Part shown: one piece after another, positions 6,759-14,656 of the stretch | Layout of the letters: each line of letters starts with the position of its first letter | How positions within the stretch are numbered: the stretch's first letter is position 1 | DNA from: an uncultured Chloroflexia bacterium | GTDB taxonomy: Bacteria > Chloroflexota > Ktedonobacteria > Ktedonobacterales > JADMIN01 | Length of the DNA stretch: 32,000 bases | Assembly (NCBI GenBank): GCA_963718915.1 | Contig: CAVRAI010000003.1 | Location: 600,001 to 632,000 of the forward strand | Direction of reading: 5' to 3' | The notes under the pieces: model-generated | Seen by the model: the letters and a program-made list of their open reading frames with translations, nothing else | Told to the model about the DNA's origin: nothing | Database searches by the model: none | Program-made: the position numbers and the translations under genes

Positions 6759-8044
6759 GCCAGTCAGATACGCCTGAGACACCGGGGATAATATGGACGC
6801 TCAATCCGGCGCAGTGGGACTTCGTGCATTGCGCGAGCCGCTTCAGCTTCTACGTCGGCGGGCTGGGCGCGGGCAAGACGACGGCGGGCGCGATGCGGGC
6901 GATCTTGCGCGCCGTCGAATATCCAGGCTCGCTCGGCGTCATCGGCGCGCCAACCTATCCGATGCTGCGCGACGCCACTGCCCGCACATTCTTCGCGCTG
7001 CTGCCACCCTCCCTGATCGCCCGCTACAACAAGACCGAAGGCCATCTCATCCTGCGCAATGGCAGCGAGATCCTCTTCCGCTCGCTCGATGCGCCAGATA
7101 GACTGCGCGGTCTCAATCTCGCCTGGTTCTGGCTGGATGAAGCGCCGCTCTGTGGCTACTATGCCTGGCAGGTGCTCAAAGGGCGGCTGCGCCAGCGCGG
7201 GTATGCCACGGCGGGCTGGGCGACGGGCACGCCAAAGGGGCGCGACGGCTTCGCCCGCGACTTCGAGCTAGCTCAGCGACCCTCCCACGCGCTCTTCCGC
7301 GCCTCCACCTGGACCAACGCGCACAATCTGCCGCCAGACTATATCAGCGAGCTGGGCTATAGCGGCGCGTTCGCGAAGCAGGAGATCGAGGGGCTGTTCG
7401 TCGCCTTCGAGGGGCTGGTCTATACGCTGGACGCAAGCGCGAACGGGCATCTGGCCGAGCCACCGGAGCGCGACCGCTGGCGGCGGGTCATCGGCGGCGT
7501 GGACTGGGGCTACACCAATCCCTCGGCGGCGACTGTCTTCGCACTGGATGGCGATGGTAGCGTCTGGCAGGTGGACGAGTTCTATCAGCGTCGCGCCGGG
7601 CTGGAAGAGACGCTATTGCCCGCGCTGCTGGATCTGACCCGGCGCTATGGTGTCGAGACGTGGTACTGTGGGCCGGATGAGCCGGAGCATATCGACGCGC
7701 TTGCCGCCGCGCTGGCGCGCGAGGGGCTGGCGTCACGGGCGCAACGAGCGGATAACAGTGTGCGCGCGGGCATCCAGACGGTGACGAGCCTGCTGGCACG
7801 CCGCCCCGATGGAAACTATGGGCTGCATATCGCGCCGCGCTGCGTCCACACGATTGCCGAGTACGGCAGCTATCAGTACGCCACCCGCGCCAGCGAGGGC
7901 CGCGATCCCTCGGAGCAGCCGCTCAAACAGAACGATCACGCGCTTGACGCCACCCGCTACGCGCTGCACACCGCGCTGGGCCGCGCCCGCGCCACCACAG
8001 CCTATCTGGACGCGATGCAACGGCGAGGCGGGGAGGGTACTTGA
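6755..8044 (+). CDS. terL: phage terminase large subunit (ATPase + nuclease), apparently intact
   Basis: Walker A GGLGAGKT, Walker B LAWFWLDEA, and RNase H-like nuclease motifs (VIGGVDWGYTNPSA..., ...NDHALDATRYAL). Confidence 0.9.
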   Translation: MSQSDTPETPGIIWTLNPAQWDFVHCASRFSFYVGGLGAGKTTAGAMRAILRAVEYPGSLGVIGAPTYPMLRDATARTFFALLPPSLIARYNKTEGHLILRNGSEILFRSLDAPDRLRGLNLAWFWLDEAPLCGYYAWQVLKGRLRQRGYATAGWATGTPKGRDGFARDFELAQRPSHALFRASTWTNAHNLPPDYISELGYSGAFAKQEIEGLFVAFEGLVYTLDASANGHLAEPPERDRWRRVIGGVDWGYTNPSAATVFALDGDGSVWQVDEFYQRRAGLEETLLPALLDLTRRYGVETWYCGPDEPEHIDALAAALAREGLASRAQRADNSVRAGIQTVTSLLARRPDGNYGLHIAPRCVHTIAEYGSYQYATRASEGRDPSEQPLKQNDHALDATRYALHTALGRARATTAYLDAMQRRGGEGT

Positions 8045-8065
8045 TGGCGCTGTGTGCGCCTGCGG

Positions 8066-8569
8066 CTAATCCCGGTCGGTTGACGCCCTGTTAGGGAGTG
8101 CAAGGGCGTCTTCCAACGCGCTCAGTGGCGCTGGCAGAGGGCCGCGCGTCCAGAGCACAATCCCATCGCGCGCTACGTTCGCAATGAACGTCGAATCCCA
8201 CTCCTGCAACGCGCGCGTGGCAAACATCACCTGCACCTCGCGCGGAGCATCGAGATGCAAATTCCGCGCCAGCCCGACGGTATGGGTAATATCGAGGCCG
8301 CGCGGGAGATACACAGGGTCTTCATCAGTATCGAAGACAGCAAGCAGGTCAACATCGCTCGGCTGCGGATCGCTCAATGGGCGCTCGGTATGGCGCGCAA
8401 CCGAGCCGAACAGCACGATGGCAAGCAAATCAGGATAGCGCTGCGCAAGTGTCGCGATAATATCCCGCACCAGCGCGCTCGACTGCGCTTCCAGCCACGG
8501 CGGAAGCGCTATGTTATCCAGATCACCTGCCGACTTGCTTATTGTTTCAGATATTACGTTGTCGCCCAT
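8066..8569 (-). CDS. nucleotidyltransferase (MNT-type) domain protein
   Basis: LFGSVARHTERPLSDPQPSDVDLLAVF matches the G-S...D-x-D minimal nucleotidyltransferase motif. Overlaps the upstream small gene by 16 nt. Confidence 0.8.
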   Translation of the reverse strand: MGDNVISETISKSAGDLDNIALPPWLEAQSSALVRDIIATLAQRYPDLLAIVLFGSVARHTERPLSDPQPSDVDLLAVFDTDEDPVYLPRGLDITHTVGLARNLHLDAPREVQVMFATRALQEWDSTFIANVARDGIVLWTRGPLPAPLSALEDALALPNRASTDRD

Positions 8570-8895
8570 GTATGAATATCTCCCAGGAGTGTGAGCGCGT
8601 TGGCCACTTTGGTCGCGTCTGGTTCACTACCGTACCAGCCACCTTGGCGTATGCGGTCTAACTGTTCCCAGGCATCGGCGACCGTCGTTTCACCCAGTGA
8701 CCGCAAGAACGTACCCAGACGCGCATGGCTCTCCTGATGTTTGCTGTGTTTCGTCTCACAGCCAAAGGCAACCCAGTGAAACGCTGCGCCCCATGCTCCT
8801 TCGATGATGAGCCGCGCTGCTCGTGGTGATGCGCCAAGCAGGGCTATAGTCGCCTCAATGTTTTCGGCTGCGTTGCGATGGCCATCCGCCAGCAT
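8554..8895 (-). CDS. small all-helical partner of the MNT, HEPN-like (tentative)
   Basis: 113 aa, overlapping the MNT gene on the same strand; His/Arg-rich segment KHSKHQESHARL. I do not see a canonical R-x4-6-H motif, so the HEPN call is weak. Confidence 0.4.
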   Translation of the reverse strand: MLADGHRNAAENIEATIALLGASPRAARLIIEGAWGAAFHWVAFGCETKHSKHQESHARLGTFLRSLGETTVADAWEQLDRIRQGGWYGSEPDATKVANALTLLGDIHTWATT

Positions 8896-9119
8896 ATCGG
8901 CTATTCCTCCCGCTCAGTAAGCAGTATAACACCTGTCCACTGATGAGTTACAAACCATCTTCCCGCCTGTATAACGGTGTCTCAAGCGAGCAACAAATGA
9001 GCCAGACAGCAGAGGCGCTCGAAATCACCTTGTTTCATAGGTGCGGAGTCCAGCCACTGAGGCCGAGAATCATCGCCCACAAGCTACTCTTAGGCTGTCG
9101 AGTTAGCCGAGCAGACAAA

Positions 9120-9954
9120 CTATATGAGAGGAGCCGCGAGGATCAGACGGAAGCCGTCGAAGCCACTTCCACCGCGACCGGAAAAGTAGTCGGGATACGC
9201 CTCGATGCGATAGGCTGCGCGCGCACCCCCAGAGTATTCAGCCCATGAGCCGCCGCGCAGCACTCTATCCCCAGCGGAGTTGGGCGCCTCGCGTCCATCA
9301 CTCGGATTGTAAGGATATGGTTTGATGAGGCTGCTCGTCCACTCGTTGACGTTGCCCGCCATGTCTTGCGCTCCGCACGGGCTGACCCCGCTTGGGTAAG
9401 CGCCCACTGGCGTCGTCGTACGCTTATCACTATCCTTGGTATTGGCGCGCGTCTCATCGAACTTGTCGCCCCAAGGATAAATGCGAGATGCGCGGCCATC
9501 CCATCTCGCGGCTTTCTCCCACTCCGCCTCGGTTGGCAAGCGCCACGGCTGCCCTGTGAGACCGGCAAGCCAGGCGGCGTACGCAGTGGCAGCGAGCCAC
9601 CTCACCGAGACAGCAGGGTGGTCAGGCCGCTGCAACTGCATTTGCCAGTCCACATTGTCGCCTCCAAGTGCTTCGCCTAGACTGCGTCGAGGCTCAGTCT
9701 GACCGCTTCGTAACGAAACAGGCATATTCGGCGACAGTAACCGGGAAACGAGCAATCTGAAAGGCGGGCAGCGTAAGGCGGTGTTGCGGCTGTTCCTCCT
9801 CATAGGCGCGTCTGTCCTTCTTCGGGTCGCTGCCCATCAGAAAGGCGCCTGCCGGTACCGAGCAGACTGGGGGCACGATGACCTCTACACCGTTGAATGT
9901 GTGTGCCTCAAAGCCAAGCTGTGATAGCCGTGGTAGTATTGCCATGACGACCAA
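9120..9954 (-). pseudogene. formylglycine-generating enzyme (FGE/SUMF1) family gene interrupted by a 1-nt frameshift
   Basis: ORF 9694..9954 carries the N-terminal part of the domain (...PAGAFLMGS...[32 protein letters not shown]). ORF 9120..9803 carries the rest (...[21 protein letters not shown]...[14 protein letters not shown]...GNVNEWT...RVLRGGSW...). The two frames meet near 9700. Confidence 0.7.
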
Positions 9955-10259
9955 CCTCCGGCTCGATGAAACTCATCATTGACTATCCTACTATGAGACT
10001 TGCCCGATACCTTAACAAATTACCAATCTGTTTACAATCTAGTGGCTACTGCTGACATATGATCCAGTGGTCAGCAAGTTCGCCGGGATGATGTTCTGGC
10101 AGCGGGGGCGTGGCGTTCAGCCGCCGGGGTTGACGATGACTGATGCGCTGGCGACGCTGACAGCGGCCGAGGCGTTCTTTGGCTTGTTGATCGAGGGCAT
10201 CTTCATCGCGGCGTTCACCCGCCGGGTCACGGGGAACTGAGAGACCTCACCAGGGGTAG

Positions 10260-10490
10260 CTGAGGGATGGTAGAATCCCACGAAAGAAGCGCGATATCAG
10301 GCGTGATTATCGCAAGGCCGACTTCAGCGAGCGACAGGGGAAGGGCGATCATACCGTCTTTCGTCATCCACTGCTTCCTAAAAACTATGCAGTAGATGGC
10401 AGAGATGGTTTGGATGCCCTGCGATACGATGAAGAGAACTTGCGCGACGCCTTGAATGTGCTGGAAAAAGCAAAGAGAAAACAGCCATGA
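10260..10490 (+). CDS. hicA: HicA-like toxin (no canonical start codon in frame)
   Basis: Frame reads ...RKKRDIRRDYRKADFSERQGKGDHTVFRHPLLPKNYAVDGRDGLDALRYDEENLRDAL.... Stop TGA 10488-10490 overlaps the hicB ATG. After the upstream in-frame stop (10257-10259) there is only CTG 10260 or ATC 10275 before the domain. Confidence 0.5.
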   Translation: MRDGRIPRKKRDIRRDYRKADFSERQGKGDHTVFRHPLLPKNYAVDGRDGLDALRYDEENLRDALNVLEKAKRKQP

Positions 10491-10723
10491 ATGAAGAACT
10501 GCGCTACACCATTGAGATCAAGTGGAGCGACGACGATAGCCGCTATGTGGTCATCCTGCCTGAGTGGGCTGATCGCTATGCCATGCCGGTAGCCGATGGC
10601 GCAACCTACGAGGAGGCAGTGGCGCGTGGCCATAATGCCCTCGAAAACTACATCGCGTTTGCCCAGCAGGATGGCATTCCCCTGCCTGAGCCAGCCACAT
10701 ATGCCAGTTCGCCCAGATCATGA
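10487..10723 (+). CDS. hicB: HicB-family antitoxin
   Basis: MNEELRYTIEIKWSDDDSRYVVILPEWADRYAMPVADGATYEEAVARGHNALENYIAFAQQDGIPLPEP is a typical HicB N-terminal fold. Confidence 0.75.
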   Translation: MNEELRYTIEIKWSDDDSRYVVILPEWADRYAMPVADGATYEEAVARGHNALENYIAFAQQDGIPLPEPATYASSPRS

Positions 10724-10799
10724 AGACTGGTGGCGCGCGGCAACCGATTCCTGGTCATTCGGGGCCCTGCTGAAACGTAAGGCGATCTGCTTGCATCGG

Positions 10800-10830
10800 G
10801 GATTAGCCGTAGGTCTTCAGCCTACGGCGC
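10800..10830. repeat. REP-like hairpin element, copy A
   Basis: GGATTAGCCGTAGGTCTTCAGCCTACGGCGC. Perfect 8-bp stem GCCGTAGG (10806-13) / CCTACGGC (10821-28) with loop TCTTCAG. Confidence 0.8.
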
Positions 10831-11182
10831 GCTTCACTTACCACCAATGGCGCCCTTCGCTTCTCCTGTCCCCGCGTATCTACAAAAGTCCGTCAGCCGC
10901 TCGTAAACCACATCCCACCCGCACGGCATAGCCTATCTGGGTAGCCGCGTGTATACCTCAACGATCCCGCTACGCTTCTTGTCTAACGCCATTGCGCCCG
11001 ACTGGATTTCGCGCTCGCTTGTCGCGAAACTCAGCCACTCTTGGTCATACTCCTCTGTACAGGGTGGATGCGATTGGGAAGCAGGGAGGGATGCCGTGGC
11101 AGACCAGCACCAGCACGAGCGCGAGCGCGGACGCGAGACATCCGCCGGAGCAGAGCCGGATACCCGGTGGAGAACGTGGGGG

Positions 11183-12652
11183 ATGGAGCGGGAAGCGGAT
11201 TCATCGGCGGCCAGACGGCGCATGCGGGCGTCGAACACGCCGGGTGGCGCATCCACTGGCTCCACTGGCTCCACCGGCTCCCCTGGTTCGTGGCCTACCA
11301 ACCTCATCCCACGAGTGCGTCCCGACGAACACGGGCCGGTGAGCCAGCCGCGACGCTCCACCGCGCCATGGCTCGCGAATATACCCCGCCTCACGAGCGA
11401 TACCGAGACACCCATCAGCAGGCCGCGCCAGACGAATGGCGGACTGCGGGCCGCGTCGGCGGCGCCCGAAGCGCCCTATGCGCCGACGACGAAGCATCGC
11501 GCATCCGCGCCACGCATCCGCGCCACAGGCTCGATGGACACGATGGATACGCTGGGCACGATGGACGACACACTGCCGCCAGACACAATCATCATGCCCA
11601 CGCGGCCCAACGATGACCCCGACTGGTTCGGCGGCTCCAGCAGCCAGGCGCGCCGACGGCGGCCATCCACCGCGCGGCCAGTGCGCCCGGAAGATACCAC
11701 ACTGGTGACACGCCAGACGATGATCTTGAATGCGCTTGAAGCCGTGATCGAGGATGCGCGTCTCGCCGCCGATCAGGCGCCCACCGTCTACCTGCCGACC
11801 GATATGGCGGTTGTGGACGCCGACCCGACGTCACGCATGCCTGTTACCGTCGTACCCGCGGGCAAGCTCGCTCCGACGCCGGCCTGGCTCCAGCCGCGCC
11901 GACGTGGAAGACGCAGCCTGGTCGCGGGATTCGTCGTCTGCCTGATGACGCTGGCCCTCGTCGCCGGCGTTCTCGTGCAGGTCAATCCCCTCGCCGCGAC
12001 ATCACTCCCCTTTGGGCTGCTAGGGGCGCAGACCGCCAGCAATAACACGACAGGCGATCCGAGCGGGCCATGGGATACGCAGGAAGGCGCGGTGCTTGGC
12101 CTCGGCGGCGGCGCTGGCCCTGGAGTCAAAGCGCCCGGAAGCGCCGGACTGCCCGCGGGGAAACCATCGGGCAACAGCGGCGCACCAACTGGCGCCTCGT
12201 CGCCATCCGCGAGTAGTGGCATATCGCCCGCGCCGGTCCGTCCCTGGCCGCCCAGGTGGGCCTATATGTATGTCCCTGGCCATCCGTCCTTCAAGATGAA
12301 TCGCCCGGCGAATGGCTACTACTGGTGGGCGTTCGGCCAATGCACCTGGTGGGCGCAATACAAGCGTCAGGGTGAGAACCTGCGCCATATGGGCAACGCG
12401 CGCTACTGGGCGGCGGGCGCGGCGTCGCGCGGCTACCGGATTGGGCGTACGCCACGCGCCGGGGCGACGGTCGTCTTCCAGCCGGGTGTCGAAGGCGCGG
12501 GTGGCGCGGGCCACGTCGCCCACGTCGAGAAGGTGTATCCTGGCGGCTGGTTCCTCGTCTCGGAGATGAATTTCTACTGGAACGGCGGTGGCTGGGGACG
12601 GGTGAGCTATCGCTTCGCCTACGTCCGCTCCGGCGTCAGCTTCATCTATTGA
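11183..12652 (+). CDS. membrane-anchored CHAP-domain peptidoglycan hydrolase (paralog of 2299..3198); start uncertain
   Basis: Maximal ORF is 10949..12652. G/C-rich third positions become convincing around ATG 11183. Disordered P/R/T-rich N-terminus, TM helix SLVAGFVVCLMTLALVAGVLVQV, Pro/Gly/Ser linker. CHAP domain ...GQCTWWAQYKRQ...GATVVFQPGVEGAGGAGHVAHVEKV...SEMNFYWNGGGWG...SGVSFIY. Confidence 0.8.
   Translation: MEREADSSAARRRMRASNTPGGASTGSTGSTGSPGSWPTNLIPRVRPDEHGPVSQPRRSTAPWLANIPRLTSDTETPISRPRQTNGGLRAASAAPEAPYAPTTKHRASAPRIRATGSMDTMDTLGTMDDTLPPDTIIMPTRPNDDPDWFGGSSSQARRRRPSTARPVRPEDTTLVTRQTMILNALEAVIEDARLAADQAPTVYLPTDMAVVDADPTSRMPVTVVPAGKLAPTPAWLQPRRRGRRSLVAGFVVCLMTLALVAGVLVQVNPLAATSLPFGLLGAQTASNNTTGDPSGPWDTQEGAVLGLGGGAGPGVKAPGSAGLPAGKPSGNSGAPTGASSPSASSGISPAPVRPWPPRWAYMYVPGHPSFKMNRPANGYYWWAFGQCTWWAQYKRQGENLRHMGNARYWAAGAASRGYRIGRTPRAGATVVFQPGVEGAGGAGHVAHVEKVYPGGWFLVSEMNFYWNGGGWGRVSYRFAYVRSGVSFIY
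11252..11287 (+). repeat. 4 x 9-bp in-frame tandem repeat (encodes STG-STG-STG-SPG)
   Basis: tccactggc tccactggc tccaccggc tcccctggt, read directly. Confidence 0.8.
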
Positions 12653-12719
12653 TTTTGGATATGGTCTGGCGCTGGCTATCTGACCTCCCTGCGGATAGAG
12701 AACGGCTACGCTCATCACA

Positions 12720-12749
12720 GGATTAGCCGTGGTCTTCAGGCCACGGCGC
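12720..12749. repeat. REP-like hairpin element, copy B
   Basis: GGATTAGCCGTGGTCTTCAGGCCACGGCGC. Stem GCCGTGG (12726-32) / CCACGGC (12741-47). Differences from copy A keep the stem paired. Confidence 0.8.
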
Positions 12750-12884
12750 CACATTGGGGTAACATCCCCTGCTGGACAAACGATGCGCTGCCCGGCTAGA
12801 ATGTGGAACGGCAACCCAACGGCCCATTGCGCAATGGCGTGCGTGCGCCGATGCCCAGACGTTGCCGGAAAGTAGTCGAGCAGC

Positions 12885-14021
12885 ATGAGCGCAGATACAT
12901 CTTCAACCGACGCCGCGACGCCGCAACTCAAACGCACCCCGCTCTACGATGAGCATCGCGCGCTGGGAGCGCGTCTCGTCGAGTTCAGCGGTTGGGAGAT
13001 GCCGGTTCAATATGGTGGCATCCTCGCCGAGCATCGCGCCGTCCGCGAACACGCGGGCATCTTCGATGTTAGCCACATGGGCGAATTCCAGATCGAGGGG
13101 CCGGGTGCGCTCGACTTCTTGCAGGGATTGGTACCCAACAACGTCGCCCGGTTGACCGATGGACAGGCGCTCTACACCCAGATATGCGACGAACAGGGCG
13201 GCACGCTGGACGATCTGACGATCTACCGCTTTGGCGACGAGCGCTATATGGCCGTGGTCAACGCGGGCACGATGGAGAGCGACTGGGCCTGGTTCACGCG
13301 GCAGGCCGCCGGACGCGCTGACGTCACGCTCACGAACACATCCGATGAGACAGGGCTGCTTGCGCTACAAGGTCCGCGCGCCCGCGATATCCTGAGTACT
13401 CTGACCGAAACCGACCTTGACGCCATTGTCTACTACCATTTCGCCGAAGGAACCATCGCAGGCGTCTCCTGTCTCATCTTGCGTACTGGCTACACGGGCG
13501 AAGATGGCTTCGAGTTGTGCTGTCCCGCGAGCGGCGTTGTGGCGCTCTGGCGGGCGTTGCTGGCGGCTGGCGCCCCGGAGGGTTTGCTTCCCGCCGGACT
13601 TGGCGCGCGCGATACGCTGCGGCTGGAGGCGGGCTTCTGCCTCTACGGCCACGAACTGAACGAGCAGATCACGCCGCTGGAGGCGGGCCTCGGCTGGTCA
13701 GTCAAGCTGGAGAAGGGACACGATTTTATCGGGCGCGAGGCGTTGCTGGCGCAGAAAGAGCAGGGGTTGCCACGCAAGCGTGTAGGCATCGAGCTACGTG
13801 ACCGGGGCGTGCCTCGCGCTGGATATCCCATCTTGCGCGAAGGTGTGGCCATTGGTGAACTGACCAGCGGCGCCGTCGGCCCCACCATCAACAAATCGAT
13901 TGGCATGGGCTACGTCCCGCCAGAGCATGCCGCCCCAGGCACGGAGATCGCCATCGAGATTCGTGGCAAGGCGATTCCAGCAGTCATCGTCGCGCTGCCG
14001 TTTTACAAGCGCGCGAACTAG
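12885..14021 (+). CDS. gcvT: glycine cleavage system T protein (aminomethyltransferase)
   Basis: ...LKRTPLYDEHRALGARLVEFSGWEMPVQYGGILAEHRAVREHAGIFDVSHMGEF... is full-length and typical of GcvT. Confidence 0.95.
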   Translation: MSADTSSTDAATPQLKRTPLYDEHRALGARLVEFSGWEMPVQYGGILAEHRAVREHAGIFDVSHMGEFQIEGPGALDFLQGLVPNNVARLTDGQALYTQICDEQGGTLDDLTIYRFGDERYMAVVNAGTMESDWAWFTRQAAGRADVTLTNTSDETGLLALQGPRARDILSTLTETDLDAIVYYHFAEGTIAGVSCLILRTGYTGEDGFELCCPASGVVALWRALLAAGAPEGLLPAGLGARDTLRLEAGFCLYGHELNEQITPLEAGLGWSVKLEKGHDFIGREALLAQKEQGLPRKRVGIELRDRGVPRAGYPILREGVAIGELTSGAVGPTINKSIGMGYVPPEHAAPGTEIAIEIRGKAIPAVIVALPFYKRAN

Positions 14022-14078
14022 CGTTTCACTCTTTGTGATTCAAGGCAGGCGCGCGGGCGCCAGAGGAGCAGAAGCAAG

Positions 14079-14486
14079 ATGGCCAAGACGGATCAGCCAG
14101 ACGATTTGAAGTACGCCGAATCGCACGAGTGGGTGCGAGTAGAAGGCGACGAGGCGACCATTGGCATCTCAGACTACGCCCAGGATGAACTGGGCGACGT
14201 CGTCTTCCTCGATCTGCCGTGGGATGACGCGAATAACCGCGACTTCAAGGCAGGCGAGCATTTTGGCGATATCGAATCGGTCAAGGCGACCTCGGAGCTA
14301 TTCATCCCGGTGAGCGGCACATTGATCGCCGTCAACGGCGCGTTGCAGAGCACGCCGGAGCTGGTGAACAGCGAGCCTTACGGCGACGGCTGGATGTTGC
14401 GTGTGCGGCTCTCCGATCCCACCGAACTCGACAAACTGATGGACGCCGCCGCCTACACTGAGTTTCTCAAAACGGCAGGCCATTAG
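14079..14486 (+). CDS. gcvH: glycine cleavage system H protein (lipoyl carrier)
   Basis: ...YAESHEWVRVEGDEATIGISDYAQDELGDVVF...IESVKATSELFIPVSG... with the lipoyl-lysine motif ESVKA. Confidence 0.95.
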   Translation: MAKTDQPDDLKYAESHEWVRVEGDEATIGISDYAQDELGDVVFLDLPWDDANNRDFKAGEHFGDIESVKATSELFIPVSGTLIAVNGALQSTPELVNSEPYGDGWMLRVRLSDPTELDKLMDAAAYTEFLKTAGH

Positions 14487-14536
14487 CGCGGGCGGTTAAA
14501 GCTGCGCCTGAACGGCCTCGCTAACGCTCGGCCACA

Positions 14537-14656
14537 AAACCTGCCTGCGCAGGTTTCTCCCAGATGCGCCAGGCGCGCATTGCGGTGGGCTACTTCTGGA
14601 GAGTCCGCGCAGGCGGACTTCGTGGCCGCAGGCCCTTCAGGCGCGACTTCAGTCGC
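14537..14656 (+). repeat. cluster of short GC-rich hairpins in the gcvH-gcvPA spacer
   Basis: AAACCTGC/GCAGGTTT (14537-56), AGTCCGC/GCGGACT (14602-19), GGCC/GGCC (14624-34), GCGAC/GTCGC with a TTCA loop (14643-56). The CTTCAG-type loops resemble REP copies A and B. Confidence 0.55.

Noticed and set aside
8943-9248. Plus-strand ORF of 101 aa between the HEPN-like gene and the FGE pseudogene
   Set aside because: It overlaps the well-supported C-terminal FGE domain on the opposite strand and has no codon bias or recognisable motif.
10724-11182. c-di-AMP (ydaO-type) riboswitch upstream of the CHAP hydrolase genes (also looked at 1746-2298)
   Set aside because: Such riboswitches often precede wall-hydrolase genes. 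I could not find the conserved ...CCGA.CAGCUAACCUCGUAAGC-like core as I remember it in either leader.
10933-11415. Minus-strand ORF of 160 aa overlapping the 5' part of the CHAP2 maximal ORF
   Set aside because: Mostly low-complexity shadow sequence. Only its last ~40 aa (about 10933-11060) look vaguely protein-like, which mainly makes me doubt that CHAP2 starts at 10949. There is not enough evidence to call a gene.
12653-12884. Glycine riboswitch upstream of gcvT, and CTGGAGAG at about 14596 upstream of gcvPA
   Set aside because: I found no ACCGAAGGGGCAA-type core or CUCAGGCAAAAGGAC element in either region. The GGAGAG in the spacer is followed by unrelated hairpins. This needs cmscan to be certain.
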